The notes under the pieces: generated by a model
What the model was told of the DNA's origin: nothing
Databases searched by the model: none
What the model saw: the letters and a program-made list of their open reading frames with translations, nothing else
Shown here: positions 25,139 to 38,500 of the stretch, in pieces
Position numbering within the stretch: position 1 is the first letter of the stretch
Layout of the letters: each line of letters begins with the position of its first letter
Program-made: the position numbers and the translations under genes
Assembly (NCBI GenBank): GCA_003427395.1
Contig: BFEA01000035.1
Location: 1,845,338 to 1,909,337, forward strand
Direction: 5' to 3'
Length of the DNA: 64,000 bases
Origin: Chara braunii
Lineage: Eukaryota; Plantae; Charophyceae

Positions 25139-26038
25139 GCTTTGCCATTCAGCTTTTTGCACGTGGCGGTGTGGGGTAGTGTGATGGGAATGGGTAGGCT
25201 CTCCCTCACCCCTCCTTCATTTCTTGGTTTTCGTTTGTATGGCTTTGGTTGACAGAAGGAAGAGGGGTGGAGGGGTGCTTAGAGAGCAACTTATCCACCT
25301 GCGGCTGATTGGTGTTTTGTTGTTTTAGTTCGATGGATCGCTTCCACCTTGGTCACATGTGCCCTCCCTTTTGGTGTGTCCTGTGTTCACATTAGGTAGC
25401 GGTGGAGTGCCATGAGTGTTGTTACACCTTGGTCGTCATCATCTAGAATTTGACTTCTTTTTTTTTTTTTTTTTTTTTTTTTTTTATTTAACACATTCTT
25501 ATGGAGATACGTTGGTGAACACATGAACTGTTGAAATACAGACTTCTTCCTGAGTTCAAATCGCAATGACCTCTGAACTTACCTGCGGCTGGTCAGTTTG
25601 AAGAGGTACCACACCTTGGTCCTATTCTGGTTCAGTGGGATCTCAAAGTACCTCGTCCCTCAACCAATTATGCTGCTCTAGCTACTGCTGAGAATGTAGC
25701 GGCTCTGGGTGTTGTGTGTTGTATATGTGTGTGTGTGGGGGGGGGGATGGGGCTGGGTGAGGGCGCATCGGGTGTTCCCCCCCTCCCCCTTCCCCTCTCC
25801 CCCCTCCCCCCTCTCGCCTTCAAAATTCAAGATTGCATCGGGTGTTGTTGTAGAGATGGGCAATGGATCCGTCTGCTGGAAAACTTCGAAAAATAAGCCC
25901 GTTGCCATTTTGCGTAAGGAGGTAGCGGGTTCAGGGTTCTTATTTCGTTCTTTCTTTCGTTTACTGTATTAGGATAGTCCGTAATATTCTTAAAATAGTA
26001 AGGATTTGAACTCATGATCTGTCTACAAGGGCGATTTT

Positions 26039-26157
26039 TTTTTTTTTTTTTTTAATTTGGACCATTTCTCGATTTATGCGTGTCATCCTTGCGCAGGGGC
26101 CATGCTAATCTTCTTTCTCTCTGTATCGTTCCAATTTTAACGGATGTCCCGAAGGAC
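26039..26157 (-). pseudogene. U6: Full-length U6 snRNA retrocopy with poly(A) tail and 14-bp TSD
   Basis: Reverse complement reads GTCCTTCGGGACATCCGTTAAAATTGGAACGATACAGAGA...GGTCCAAATT plus an A tail. TSD acaagggcgatttt at 26025-26038 and 26158-26171. Confidence 0.96.
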
Positions 26158-26578
26158 ACAAGGGCGATTTTGGCTGTGTCGCCCTTGCGTTTCAAGGGCG
26201 CACCCTTGCGACGCAAAAAAGTGAAAACAAAGCGGGTCGCTCTAAAGAGGGGGGGGGGAGGAGGGAACGATGATTTTTCGCTTCGCTCTTGAACTCAAGT
26301 GGTGTGGAACGAGGCCCTATGTATCATCACTCGGTCACAAGGCGCACACGTTCGTTCGAAGTAACTTTTCGGGAAGATGCTTGCTGTCTCGTTCTGTCTT
26401 TGGGCCTCGCTCCACTACAAAACATTTTACATGGACAAAGCATGGACCAGATACATTTGGACTCATCCAGCATTTTTGTATGTACTGGACCATAGACAGC
26501 GCCGGATACATTTAAAATGTTATGTAGTGGATCGAGGCCCTTTGTTTTCCCGTCCTCGCGTATGCACGGATGGACCTA

Positions 26579-26750
26579 TGGCGGAGGTCCCCCTGGCAAA
26601 GAGGGTTGGATTTAACACCCGAATCTGGACGTGCTTGTGGATAGATGCACAAAATCACGATTTTTTGTATCTTCTTTTCTGCATCTCTGCACGAACCATA
26701 TCCAGATTCGGGCGCTTCATCCAATCCCCTTTGCTAATGAGACTTCGCCC
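26579..26750. mobile_element. ~170-bp hairpin MITE, copy 1
   Basis: ggcggaggtccccctggcaaagagggttggat ... atccaatcccctttgctaatgagacttcgcc; homologous to 31462-31626. Confidence 0.75.
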
Positions 26751-27013
26751 TAAGGGCCTAGTTGCACTACTCTCCATCCGCCAAGATTTTGAGTGCATCG
26801 GGACAAACAGCGTGTCCAGATGCGTCTCGAATCTTGACGGACTACCTAGGGGCGAACGCCAGGAAGTACGGATTCAACTACTGCGGAAGCTTCTGTGTAA
26901 CCTATGGGGAGAGCTTTGGCCCTCGTGTGGTGTGGTGACCCGGGAATGGAGCAGTGGAGGGTCACGTGCTGAGAACTGCCGGTTGCGTGTGGTGTTCTGT
27001 GTGGTGTGAGTGA

Positions 27014-27096
27014 GTTGAGGATACCGCACCCTTGCAGGTTTGGGGTGGTTAAGGATACCGCACCCTTGCAGGTGTGGGGTGGTTAAGGATACCGCA
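27014..27096. repeat. 34-bp tandem repeat, about 2.4 copies
   Basis: gttaaggataccgcacccttgcaggtgtggggtg repeated. Confidence 0.85.
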
Positions 27097-27097
27097 N

Positions 27098-29148
27098 TTT
27101 TTTTTTTTTTTTTTTTTTTAACAGAAACCCGTGGTATCAGATTGGAGTGATGATAAGAACATACACTCCTACCTGACACACTGGGGGCTCCAGTCTATTG
27201 GTGGGGAGCTGCACCTGCTGGAAAACGAGTCCAGCATTTCTAGTGTTGCAATACAAAGATTAAAAAGTGAGCACTTGCTGGGAACCGGGCCCAGCGTCCC
27301 TTGTACCTCTTCACCTCAATAGAGTGTGGCCAGATTGAACTCGTAAGCTCTAGTACTGATGAGAAACTACTGACTTTGGTGATAACAGTGACTCTTCTTC
27401 GATCTGTGTTTGTATTGCCTATCTTGTGCCCATTAGGCTGATCCGTCCTGTGAGAACACAACATTGATCGCTCTAGCAGTAGTTATCCTATTCACATATC
27501 ATCTCCGATTCCAAACCAAGAATTGGGGACAACCACACTGGGGGGAGATGGGAACGAGTCAGGGAAATCTGAGAGGGGTCTCAAGGGAATTGAGGAGTCA
27601 ATTGAACACCGCTCTTTAAACACAACCCTGTAATTTCTTTTGATGACCCCATCTTCCGCCTCAGTAGCTCCTTCCCACACTACCTTTCCAATCCTTCCCC
27701 CCTATTTCCCACCAAGCTAGACCAAATTGAACTTTTGTATTTGCTGAGAAATTTCCTTTTTGTTTGATAAAAAATGGATTTTCTCTTTTGCGAGTTCCCA
27801 TTGATGCAGGATGCCTGTCTGAATTTGTTCTTTAATGGTTTCGGTGAATTTCGGGTCATCTATCCTGACTCCTTCCCATTCGTAGATACATCTTTTCCTC
27901 CAAATGACCCATAAGACCGCCCTCCTACTAAGAATAAATAGATTATGAGTAAATTCGTCAAATGGGACATCATTCCATGCTTCCAGTAAGAGGGGTTTCC
28001 ATCCCCATGGCCACTGAGTCTTTGTCTCCAAATTATTCCAGATTTTGTCCCACCATCTCCAAAGCCAAATTGAACCCGGACATTGAAGAAAAATGTGTTC
28101 AATTGTCTCCGAAATCTTTCTACTTGGATAAACAGTATTGCATAGCTTACACCAGGGTTGGGTGTGATTGTTCTTGTCGTGTGACGTTCTGTCTATTAAC
28201 CAGTCATTTGTAGGGAGGCATCTGTGTTCAATCTGCCATTGTAGGGATGCTATTTTGGCTGCCTTAAAGTTCTTGCTGCGAAACCACTTAATGTTTTTCA
28301 GGTCATTCATGCTCAGATTTAGATGTCTCATCCATCTGTCAGATACTCTATCCCTGAGGTTGGTTGTTGGACGCAGCATTTTGTATGCTGATTTGACTGA
28401 CAGAGTATGGAGGGATCTGATATAATTTCTGTTCTTTTTGAGTTGCGACCCCCACTTCTATACAACTGGGTCCATTGCTAGGTGCGATATGGGGGTTCTG
28501 GGTCTGAAGGCCAGCCATTCATTCCCGATCTGTAATACTATAATTCTAAGAATTTGACCCTTAGTAACCCATCTGATTTCCTCCTCTGGATGGGGAATTG
28601 TTCTATTGTCTTCTTTAAGGATGAAAAGGGAGGTTAAAGTATCACCATTTGCCTCAACTTCCAAGACATTACCTATTTGGTGATTGCTGTCGGTGAAGGC
28701 CACTCAGTCGTTGGGTTTGATTTCAGGGCCTTTCCTGAGGATGCGGACCCAATCCAAGGGTATCAACTCGATAATTTTTTCCAAGGCGGTCTCCAAATGG
28801 TGACAATATCTTAGTCTCTCTTGAATTTCCTCCTGAGTAACCCAATCCATGGATTCTTTGTTCCAAATATCCTTGATTCTAGCTACTCCGTTCTTAATTC
28901 AACCTTTCCAAGGGGAGTCATTACAATGTAACGTGATTCCTTGATCGTCTCGTATCCATGTGTTGTTAAACAGGGGTTGCTGACAGACGTCCTCCCATCT
29001 TTTAGAGTGGATTTATCTCGTAAAGGTAATTTCCTCCAGGTCTTGATAAGGGAGATCCAGAATGGATCCCTACTGAGGTCTTTTCTGGCCTCTTCCCTGT
29101 CGTCAGAGGGGGCTTCATCCCCTTTCAACTTTTTACTCCTTGGAGTTT
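27098..29148 (-). mobile_element. 5'-truncated LINE copy C (family 1), ORF2 C-terminus, 3' UTR and poly(A)
   Basis: ORF 27717-28379 contains SLQWQIEHRCLPTND..WCKLC..ETIEHIFLQCP; T tract at 27098-27119. Confidence 0.9.
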
Positions 29149-30830
29149 GACTTGGTTTAATGATCTGTAGGTCTAGAATAAAATGTTTTCCAATTAGTGT
29201 GCTTCCCTTCGGTTTGCGTCTGCGTTAACTACTGTTGCTTAGTGGAAGCTCGACCTAATTTTTGATGAATTACTAAACTCTTTTGCCCTGTTGTCATTCT
29301 CTTTGCCCTAATGGTATCTCCCCCACTCCTCACTGTGCAGAAGATTAAAAGTAGGGGTAATTGAGGAGTGTAGGGCAGAGTTTGATTCTGCACAAAACGG
29401 GGTTAATCTTTCCTCACTGAGGAGGCAATCAATGCCCTGTGCTCATGCTATATTCGTGTTATACAGGGAAACTGTCTCCTGGGGAGCAGTGGCTGAAGCT
29501 CTTCCAGCCCTAATGGGAAGAGGCGTGTGTATAAGTGTTGTAATCAATTTCATAACTGGAGCCTTGGGCACTGGGCCCTTTCTCAGAAAAAAAAAAAAAA
29601 AAAAAAAAAGACTGGAAAAAAGGGTCTGGACTGGGAGGAGTTTGCCCAAGTCTTTGGTGCAAGGGCACTATTGCAAGATTATTGTATAGCCCATGAGACC
29701 ACCCTGGCCATCCTCAACCGCGTCAACGCGCGCTTACCGGCATAAGACCGTGTGGGGACTGAGCACTTTCAGAAAGGGATGGGGGTGTGGGAAAGGGGAG
29801 AGTAGAGGGTATAGTATCCTATGGGGTGTCACTAGGATGATGACACCCCCCCCGGCAACAAAATGCTAGTCCTCCTCTACTCGGATAGTTTTTTTTTTTC
29901 AGTTCGGCTGACTCCTTTCTGATCCATTGTACGTCGTTAGACGGGCAGTACCTTTCCCATATATGGGCCGCGGGCCCGCGCGCCAAGGAATCCGGATGCA
30001 TCTGGCTGGTCCGCGAGGTCGTTCGTGGCCTCCGTGTTAACCGGCGCATTATTTTTTTTTGACTGGGAAAGGTACTGGCGGTTTGAAAGCAAGTAGTGGA
30101 AACAGCAGTTAGGACACCAGCAATCGGTTTCGTCGCGCAGGATAGGAGCATCCCTGTCTTCCAGATGCTTGGAAGCTGATGCTGCTAGCATTCATAATTG
30201 GAAGGGATTTGTCTAGGATCCGGATAAATGTGTTACTGGCTTGTCATTCTCTTTCCTCTCTCAGCCTTGGCTTGAGCAGCATCTACCCCCCTCGCGGGCA
30301 CAGGTATATGGGAAGGACACTCTAAACAAGATGAGAGGGGGGGTTCTGGGAGGGAGGGTGGTAAGAGGAGCTTTGGGAGAGCAAGAACGGAGAGGGGTTT
30401 CTGGGAGGGGCCTAGGAACAGAAAAGGAGAGGCTGTGAGAGAGCGAGAATGGGGGAGGGGGGTTCTGGAAGGGAGGGGTAGGAGTAGAAAAGGAGAGACT
30501 GAGAGAGCAAGAAGGGAGGGGAGTTTTTGGGAGGGAGGGGTAGGAGGAGAAAAGGAGGGGAGAGTGCGCAAGGGAATGGTTATGTGATGCTGCGTGGTAG
30601 AGAAAAGGGTGCTGCTTGTATGTCATGCTTTATTTGTTTGCTTTTTTCTTTTTTTGTCTTTTGTTATGATTCGAAGGCGGCGGCGGTGTGAGAGCCTCAC
30701 TGCATCACCGACCGAATGTGAAAATGTACGGATGTATCACTCCAATTTTATTTATTTATTTTTTCCTTCCGGTAATAATCAAGTGATTGGGTTATTACGA
30801 ACTTATTAGTACAATTTAGTGGGAAGATAA

Positions 30831-31386
30831 GGCCTGGACCCCACAGGGAAAAACCGTGGAAAAACTGGCGTGGAAAAGCTTATCTTGGACTCCATCGGAC
30901 GAAGCAGGCTCTCCGCAAAGCCGATTTTAGCACGGCGGGGAGGTTTTCCGGGACCCCACAGCCTGGAAAACGGTATCTGGAAAAGCCACGTTTTCCATTT
31001 TCACATCGGTTTCCGGTCGGAAAAGTGGGTGTGGAGGAGTTTCCGCCGTATTTTTGTGCCCTTTCCAGAGAGAAGGGGGGGGGCATGTCTATGGTTGGAA
31101 ACTCCTCGCCAACCCACCGGCCCATCCGTTGTCTGCCCGAAGCCGTTCCCTGGTCCACTGGACAGGGCTACGGACAACCAAAACAGGTGCAAGGCCATTC
31201 GAACGGACATCAGCGACCACCATCCGGTCCATCTCCAGTTTCCAGCCTTTCCAAGCTCGCGGAAACTGGCTTTTCCAGCTACTCCAGTGGGGTCCCGTCA
31301 TTCTGCAGGCAAACTCTTCCAAACACTCTTCCACGGAAACCTGAATCTCGTCACTTTTCCAACACTTTTCCTGTGGGGTCCAGGCC
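30831..31386. mobile_element. PIF/Harbinger (Tourist-like) MITE, 556 bp
   Basis: TIRs ggcctggaccccacagg / cctgtggggtccaggcc; TAA TSD at 30828-30830 and 31387-31389; subterminal ggaaaa repeats. Confidence 0.9.
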
Positions 31387-31461
31387 TAACTCGCCATTTT
31401 TCATATTTGCCAAGTGGTGCAGCGAGTGAGGTCCTTAGTGGTCCTCATGTAATTGAATCCT

Positions 31462-31626
31462 GGGGCGAGGTCCCACTAGCGAAGAGGATCGGATAAAGCT
31501 CCTGAATGGGCTTGTTTTCAGCAGAGATGCAGAAAAGCAGTTCAATCTCAATTTTCTGCTCCTTTGCACAAACCCATCAAGATTCAGGCGTTCAATCCAA
31601 TCTTCTTGCTAGTGGGACCCCACCCC
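31462..31626. mobile_element. ~165-bp hairpin MITE, copy 2
   Basis: ggggcgaggtcccactagc ... gctagtgggaccccacccc. Confidence 0.75.
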
Positions 31627-32642
31627 TGAGGAAAAGTGTCAGAGAGTTGAGCACACTTGGCCAAAGAAAAGGACTTTCAAGCCTGTGCAGTGGGGACTAA
31701 ATAAGGGCTCAATTGTGTAAGCTGTGGTGTATTTGGCATGGCGTGACGTGTCCTTAGAGTCACGTACTTCTTTTTCAAACTTCCAAACTCAAACACCTCT
31801 CTTTCCCTCTTTTTTATCTCTATTTTTCGGGTTCTGTTCTGAAAGGGGCAAAATGAGAAATAGAAAAAGCAGTGGCAAGCGGGCAGTAAAGTTGGGGCTG
31901 GCAATTTGCTGCCTTTTTTTCCCCAGTTGAATGCACAGTTGGGGGATGAACTGTCTATTACCGCCCCGCTGCTAGATCTGCAGTCCCATGCCTGCACTTG
32001 GGCATGGGAGCAGTCTATGTCAGAGTGTTGGATGTCAGTCCTCACAAGAACAGTCTGAATGTGGAGGTGTCCCTGTGTACGGAAGTCTGATGATAGACAG
32101 CAGGAGACGGGGTAGATTTCGGGACCGGCATCAACAGGTAGTCCCAGAGGGCTTCCTTTGTGGGATCGGTTAGTTAACTTGTGCCTTTATGCTACTTGGG
32201 GGATATCATGGCCTACTCAAGATGCCCGTAGGGGGGGAATGATAGCACCTACTGTTTGACGTACCCTGTGCGGTGGGCTCTTCCTGCCTGTGCTTCAGAT
32301 GGGACTGTATCATGGGGAGGTTGTAGTGTGCCAGTGGCTGGTGAGTTGCGGTGACTATAGTAACCGATGATTGAGAAGCAGTGTCACGTCGCCTCACAAA
32401 GGATGGCTGTAGGAAATTGGGGTGTGTTGGGGGATATTGAGGTGGATATGGCGGGGTAAGTTTGTGAAACCCAAGGAGGGGGATGTTTGAACCCCTTGGG
32501 CCCTTGGGCTATATGTTCGGAGAGGACACCTGACAAAGGTAGGGGTGAGGCCCAGGACAGCTTCTGAAAAGGTTCACCTGTCCTTTCATAAGAAAAAAGG
32601 AGGTCCAAAAGGGCCTGACCTGACGAGAGCTCATGGGTCCAG

Positions 32643-32689
<47 letters not shown>

Positions 32690-32896
32690 NNNNNNNNNNA
32701 TTGGTTTAATTTGGAAGAGAAAAGTGTTGGGAGAAGGTGGAGTGGGTAGATGATCCCTACGTGTAATGTGAGGTGATTCTTTATTAGTTATGGGCTGTAT
32801 TTTGTATTGATATTAGTCATTTTGGTTAGTAGTGATTGGTTTGATTTGGAAGAGAAAAGTGTTGGGAGAAGGTGGAGTGGGTAGATGATCCCTACG

Positions 32897-32934
32897 CTGT
32901 CTCTTATACACATCTAGATGTGTATAAGAGACAG
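32897..32934. other. Nextera mate-pair junction adapter (assembly artefact)
   Basis: Exact CTGTCTCTTATACACATCT+AGATGTGTATAAGAGACAG, two back-to-back Tn5 mosaic ends. Confidence 0.99.
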
Positions 32935-33482
32935 CCCATATACAGGGTGTCATCAGAGAACAGCAGAGAAACAATCCTGCCAGCATTGATTACCCTGGCT
33001 TGCAGGGGATTATTGACTGAGCAGGACGTTGGAAAACTTGGGAGAACGAATTTTTCAGAATCAACAACTGGAAAACCCTGCCAATATTGACTGCTCTGGA
33101 CTCCGGAGCTGGTTGTGAAGGCTGTTTTAACGGTAATCCACCTGTAAGCACCAAACCAGCTGTGGGCCTGGAAACTGCAGCCCTCATGCAGGAAGATATC
33201 TGAAATGCACAAACAAGTGCAGCCAGGGTCCAGCTGATCCTCTTTCCTTTCGTCGACCCTTCATCTGGTCAACGTATCGAGAGGAGCCACTGGGGGGCAC
33301 CAGCGGGTCCTCCCGACACCCAGCCCTTCCTCGAACGGTCGCCTTGCGGCTATGCCACCATGCAGTCATCTGTCGGGTATAGCCCGCTGTCATCCCTCCC
33401 CCTTTTTTTGCATAGTAGATTCAGAGTGGTAAAGAAGGAAAACTGGATGGTGTCTGGAGGGAACCTGCCAGCCTTGATTGCT

Positions 33483-34560
33483 CTTTTTTTTTTTTGAAAA
33501 GCCCTTGCGATATCCCTCTATCCTGGCGGTGGTAAGAGAACCGTCAGAATTGAGGGCTTATCTGTCAGACTGCTCCATCTATAGGTGGGGAGCGGCACCT
33601 GCTGGAAACCGGGTCCAGCGTCCCATTGGTACAACATACAATCTGTCTCTTATACACATCTAGATGTGTATAAGAGACAGATATGGGGGTTCTGGGTCTG
33701 AAGGCCAACCATTNNNNNNNNNNNNNNNNNNNNNNNNNNNNNNNNNNNNNNNNNNNNNNNNNNNNNNNNATATTGGTGATTGTTGTTTCCTAGGGCTATG
33801 GTGATACTTGTCTCTTCCCGGGTCTCCGTTGTCCCTTGGAGCTGCAATTTTCCCCCTTCCCTTCATGGAGCACCTCCTTTACTATTAACATAGCCCTAGT
33901 TCTGCAGCCCCCCTGAATAAANGGGTCCTATTCTGCAACACCTCTGTGCAATGTCTCTATTGAAACCCTTGAAGCCCCTAAACCCCTAAACCCTCACTGT
34001 GACCTTAGAGAACCGAAAAAAACACAGTATCTGCGGTACTGTTGCAATGAGATAGAAAGTACAGCAACACCACACAGGACAATAGAAAGTTAGTATCTTG
34101 GGGCATCCCTGTCGAAATGAGGCAGCCCTGTTCTGCAGCCCCTCTATTCATTGTGACTATCTGTCGTCCCTTTAGAACCCTTTAGAACCCTTGAAGACCC
34201 TATAACTCAAACCTTTTCTTACCGCAATCAGGATGAGGACTTCCAGACTCAGACCATCCCAGATTCCTGCAGGTGTCCACTTTGTTGTTGCCGCCATCCT
34301 GTCGCTTACACTCCGGGACTTTCCAAAACACACCCCAAGACCTTTTGAGACCGTTCGACATGCTGGGCCGTTAGTCCACTGCAACCGTCGTTTCACCGCC
34401 CTCCAGTGTATTCCTGATTTCCACCATGATCTCGTCGTGGCCACCACTGTCCCTTCCCCAAGAGTCCCCTACCCGTCCGGAGCTCTCCCCCAAATCCCTC
34501 TTCCTTCCACCTAGTTTGCAAGTGCCAAACAGCCACATTGCGGTCCTAAGACGTCCCATT
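33483..34560 (-). mobile_element. LINE 3' UTR fragment with poly(A), same subfamily as 39777-40500
   Basis: gatatccctctatc...gtggtaagagaa...ttgagggcttatctgtc shared with 39802-39940. Interrupted by the adapter and a gap. Confidence 0.7.
33643..33680. other. Nextera mate-pair junction adapter (assembly artefact)
   Basis: Same exact 38-mer, close to an N gap. Confidence 0.99.
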
Positions 34561-34710
34561 GATACATCTTACAATACAAAGATATTGGTGTTTGTTGTTT
34601 CCTAGGACTGAGGTGATAGTTGTCTCTTCCCGGGGCTCTGTTATCCCTTGGAGCTGCTATTGTCCCCCTTCCATTCTTGGAGCACCACCTTATCTGTTAG
34701 CCCAGCCCTA

Positions 34711-34815
34711 CCGTCTTCACCCGAATAGAACGCCCAGTCATTATATCTGTATTTGGCAAAAAATTTGGTCCAGATGCAGCGATAATGACCAGGCGTTCTA
34801 TTCGGGTGAAGACCG
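34711..34815. mobile_element. ~105-bp hairpin MITE, Tc1/mariner-like (TA site)
   Basis: 22-bp perfect stem gtcttcacccgaatagaacgcc/ggcgttctattcgggtgaagac. Inserted after cccTA; paralogous sites near 33895 and 40080 are empty. Confidence 0.75.
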
Positions 34816-35517
34816 AAGTTCAGCAGCCCCCCTGATACGCGAAGAATCAGTCTGTGGGTGGTATGCTGGTGCAAAGTAAGCATGAACTAGAGGATGAGAC
34901 TCGCTGGCCTATTGGTTAGGTGTTTGCCTGACAAGCCGTTGGCTGTGTGTTCGATTGTCGGATTGGACATGCAGGTTCATGCAAAGTTAGCAGATACGAG
35001 GAATCAGGCCTGGTGGGATATCAAGCGTCCTACTAGTGAGGGGGCTAGCTTGTAGGATGGAAATAGGGCACAGCAGCAGCGTAAATGGTGGCTCTGCTGC
35101 AGTAAGTCTTGCCGGAGTGAGGTAAAAAGGATGGATGGGGGGTTCTGAGTCATTTTCTGACTTTCGCCTATTTCTGAAGCTTGTCGTAGAAATTTTCTAA
35201 GTAGCTCCAATTTTCTTAAGCCAAAAGCCGGGTGCAATCAGACTCGCATTCATTCACACTTCACACGTATGCAAACACGTTGCGCAGCAAACTGGCGCCA
35301 GGCGCCCACTCAGAACTCAAAGATATAGTACCAAGAACATACTCAGATACAAGTTCACTTCACATGGCTATGGCGGCACATCCCCCGAACAACTCTCTGT
35401 TCGTCACTCCCACGACACTGCTGTTCGCATACAGGATCACCCTGGATACCCCACACGCAACACCCTGTACACTTGCGCACACTCTGCCAGATGGCCCAAA
35501 GAACCGCTCTTCTACCT

Positions 35518-38500
35518 AGGGTGAAAAGGTTCTTAGTGAAGCTATCCTCCGGGTCTGGGGACCAGTGTGCTAGCAGAATTGCCTTCCACTCCCAAGACCA
35601 TTTATGTCTAGTTTCTAATTGCCCCCATATTTTGTCCCACCAACGCCACAGCCAGATGGAGCCTGTGCACTCGAGGAAAATATGTTCGATCGTTTCTGGT
35701 ATCTTTCTATTTGGGTACGCGGATTTACAAAGTTTGCACCATGGGTCTACAATACCTCTTTTCTCCAGGGAGGTTCTGTCTAGCAGCCAATAATTTGTGG
35801 GGAGACACCGGTGTTCAATCTGTCACTTAAGGGAGGCTACATTGGAAGGTTTGATCTTGGATTCTTTGAACCATTTAATGTTTCTCAGATCATCCTTGTT
35901 GATATTCAACTGTTTCATCCATCTCTCCACCACCCTATCCTTCAACTTTATTTTGGGTCTAATCATCCGGTAAGTTGATTTGAGAGATAGGGTGTGTAGG
36001 TGTTTACTAAAATTCATGTTGAGCCTGTTCTTGGTTTCCCACGACCAGCACGCAGGGTCGATGGGCGGGTATGAGATGGGCGTAGATGGTCTGAAGGCGA
36101 GACACGACTGTGCATCTAGTGGAATGACTCTGATTCTGAAGATATTTTCCACAGGCATCCATATTGGAACAAGATCATTGTTAAGGTTTATTACATTGTC
36201 ATCTCTTAGTATATATGGGGCAATTAAGGCCTCCTTGTCTGGGGAGATGAGAATGACATTAGCTATCCTTCGTGGATTCTTCTTCGTGGCCACCCAATCA
36301 CTTTCTTGGAATTTCTTCCCTCTCTTGAGCACTCTAAGCCACTCAATGGGGATCAGTTCCACAATTTTGTCTAGATTACTTTGTACATGGTGACAATGCT
36401 TTAGTTTTTTGTGGAGGAGATGTGGGGAAATCCAATCAAGAGAATCTTCATCCCAAATATCCTTGATCCTAGTAACCCCCCTCCTAATCCAACCCTTCAA
36501 TGAATTATCATTACAATGTAGTGTGGTGCCTTGGTGGTTTCTTATCCAAGTATTATTGAAAATTGGTTGTTGATTAATCTCTTCCCATCTTTGGGGGAAG
36601 TGTTTATCTGATATGAGTAGCTTCCTCCAATTTTTGAAAATAGTTAGCCAGAAGGAATCTTTTATTATGTCTTTCCTTACTGCTTCCCTGCTAGACATTT
36701 GAGTCGGGTCTATCTCTTTGGTTGTGCCTCTTGGGATTGACCAATCCCTATTCTCTAACCACATGGCTGGATCTACGACCTCCACTGTTTAGGGGGGCAG
36801 TCTTCTTAATTGTTCCCAAGCCAGGCCACTCCAAGCGGTTTGAGGGTTGAGTAATAGTCTTTTGGCCCATTGAATGAAAAGTGTCATGGCTTGGAGTGCT
36901 GGGTCAATAATTCCCAATCCCCCCTTGGACTTTGGTTGGATGACTGAAGACCAGGTCACTCTACAAATAAGATTCTTATATTCATGATTTCCTCTCCACA
37001 AGAAGGCTCTAAGTTGTTGGTGAAGAGATTTGGTCCATTTATTGTCTAGGGCCCAAATTGCTGATTTATATCAAATTGAGGCTAAGATTACATTATTAAT
37101 CACCAAGGATCTGCCTATTATCGATATGTGCTTATTCTTCCATAGCTCTAGTTTGGTCTGGGCACTTTGGAAGATAACCTCATCATTAATTTTGGGTTTC
37201 CCTTCGGCAGACAACGAGATGCCTAAGACCCTTATTGGCTTGTCGAGGGGAAGCCATTTGATTCTAGGCATTTCTGGAGGTCTTACTCCTTGATGATGTA
37301 TCCACCATCCTAGGGTCTTTTCCCCCCAGTTGACCTTCATATCTGCTAATCTATCCTAGGGTCTTTTCCCCCCAGTTGACCTTCATATCTGCTAATCTAC
37401 AAAATTTATTCATTAATTCCTTTATCGCATCCATATTCTTCTGTGATGAATCAATCATCAGAGAAAGATCGTTTGCAAAAAGAGAGCACATGAGAATTGC
37501 GTCTTTCGGTATGGACGTCACTTGAATTTTCCTTATATCCTTCTGTTCTTTCAGATTGACCGCTAAAACTTCCATTATAATTATGAAGAGAAATGGTGTC
37601 AATGGGTCGCCCTGCCTGACCGATTTCTGTAATTCTATTGGAGGTGTCAAACTGCCATTAACCATGACTTTTGTGGTTGCATTTTGATGCATGATAGTGA
37701 TCCACCTTCTGAAACACGGTCCGAAGTTCATTTTCTCGAGACACTTGTCCAGGAAAAACCAATCCACATGATCATAAGTTTTTTCAAAGTCTATGAAGAT
37801 AAATGCTGCATTATGTTTAGATTGGCGTGCAACTTTGATAAGCTCATTGATAAGGAGGATATTATTATGTATGTTGCGTCCTGTGATGAACCCTATTTGT
37901 GTTGGGTGGATGATGTCAACTATTACTTTGAGCATTCTGTCTGCTAATGTCTTTGCCACCAATTTATAAACCACTGTGAGGAGCGTGATAGGATGATAAT
38001 TACGGTCATTTAGTGTGTCTCCTTTTTTGTATAAGAGTGTGAGAACCCCTTGATTAACTATTTTCCCTATATCCCCTGCCTCCCAGACCGCATGGTAGTA
38101 GTCAATTAGGTCTTGTGCGAGCGAACCCCACATAGATTCTCAGAATTATTTTGGGAGACCGTCAATTCCTGGTGTCTTTTCTTCTTCCATGAGGATTAAA
38201 GCCTTCCAAATTTCATCATTGGTTAATGACATTTCCAATTTCTCCTTTTGTGCTTCCGTGATTGATTTATTAAAGGGGATTAAAAATTCATCGATTTCTA
38301 TTTCCTTTTGTGCAAGAGGAATAATTTTTTTTTGAAGTGAAGAGTTCTTTATAAAAATCTCTAGCTAGTTTCATACTAACTGCTGTTGAGATGGCTAAGG
38401 GTTCATTATTATTGAAAGGGTTGAATAAAGTCTCTATCGTAGTCCTTCCGGTTCTAGCTCTGGCTATGGCGAAAAAACGCACGTCCATATCGCCTTCCAT

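Noticed and set aside
29823-29870. Helitron 3' end (hairpin then CTAG-T)
   Set aside because: No matching 5' end or RepHel remnant; could be chance.
30870-31496. 208-aa ORF and the 210-aa ORF at 26377-27009
   Set aside because: They run through MITEs and show no protein-like motif.
32872-33090. ORFs containing AVSYTHLDVYKRQ, LSLIHI or CLLYTSRCV
   Set aside because: These are translations of the Nextera adapter, not protein or a Tn5 insertion.
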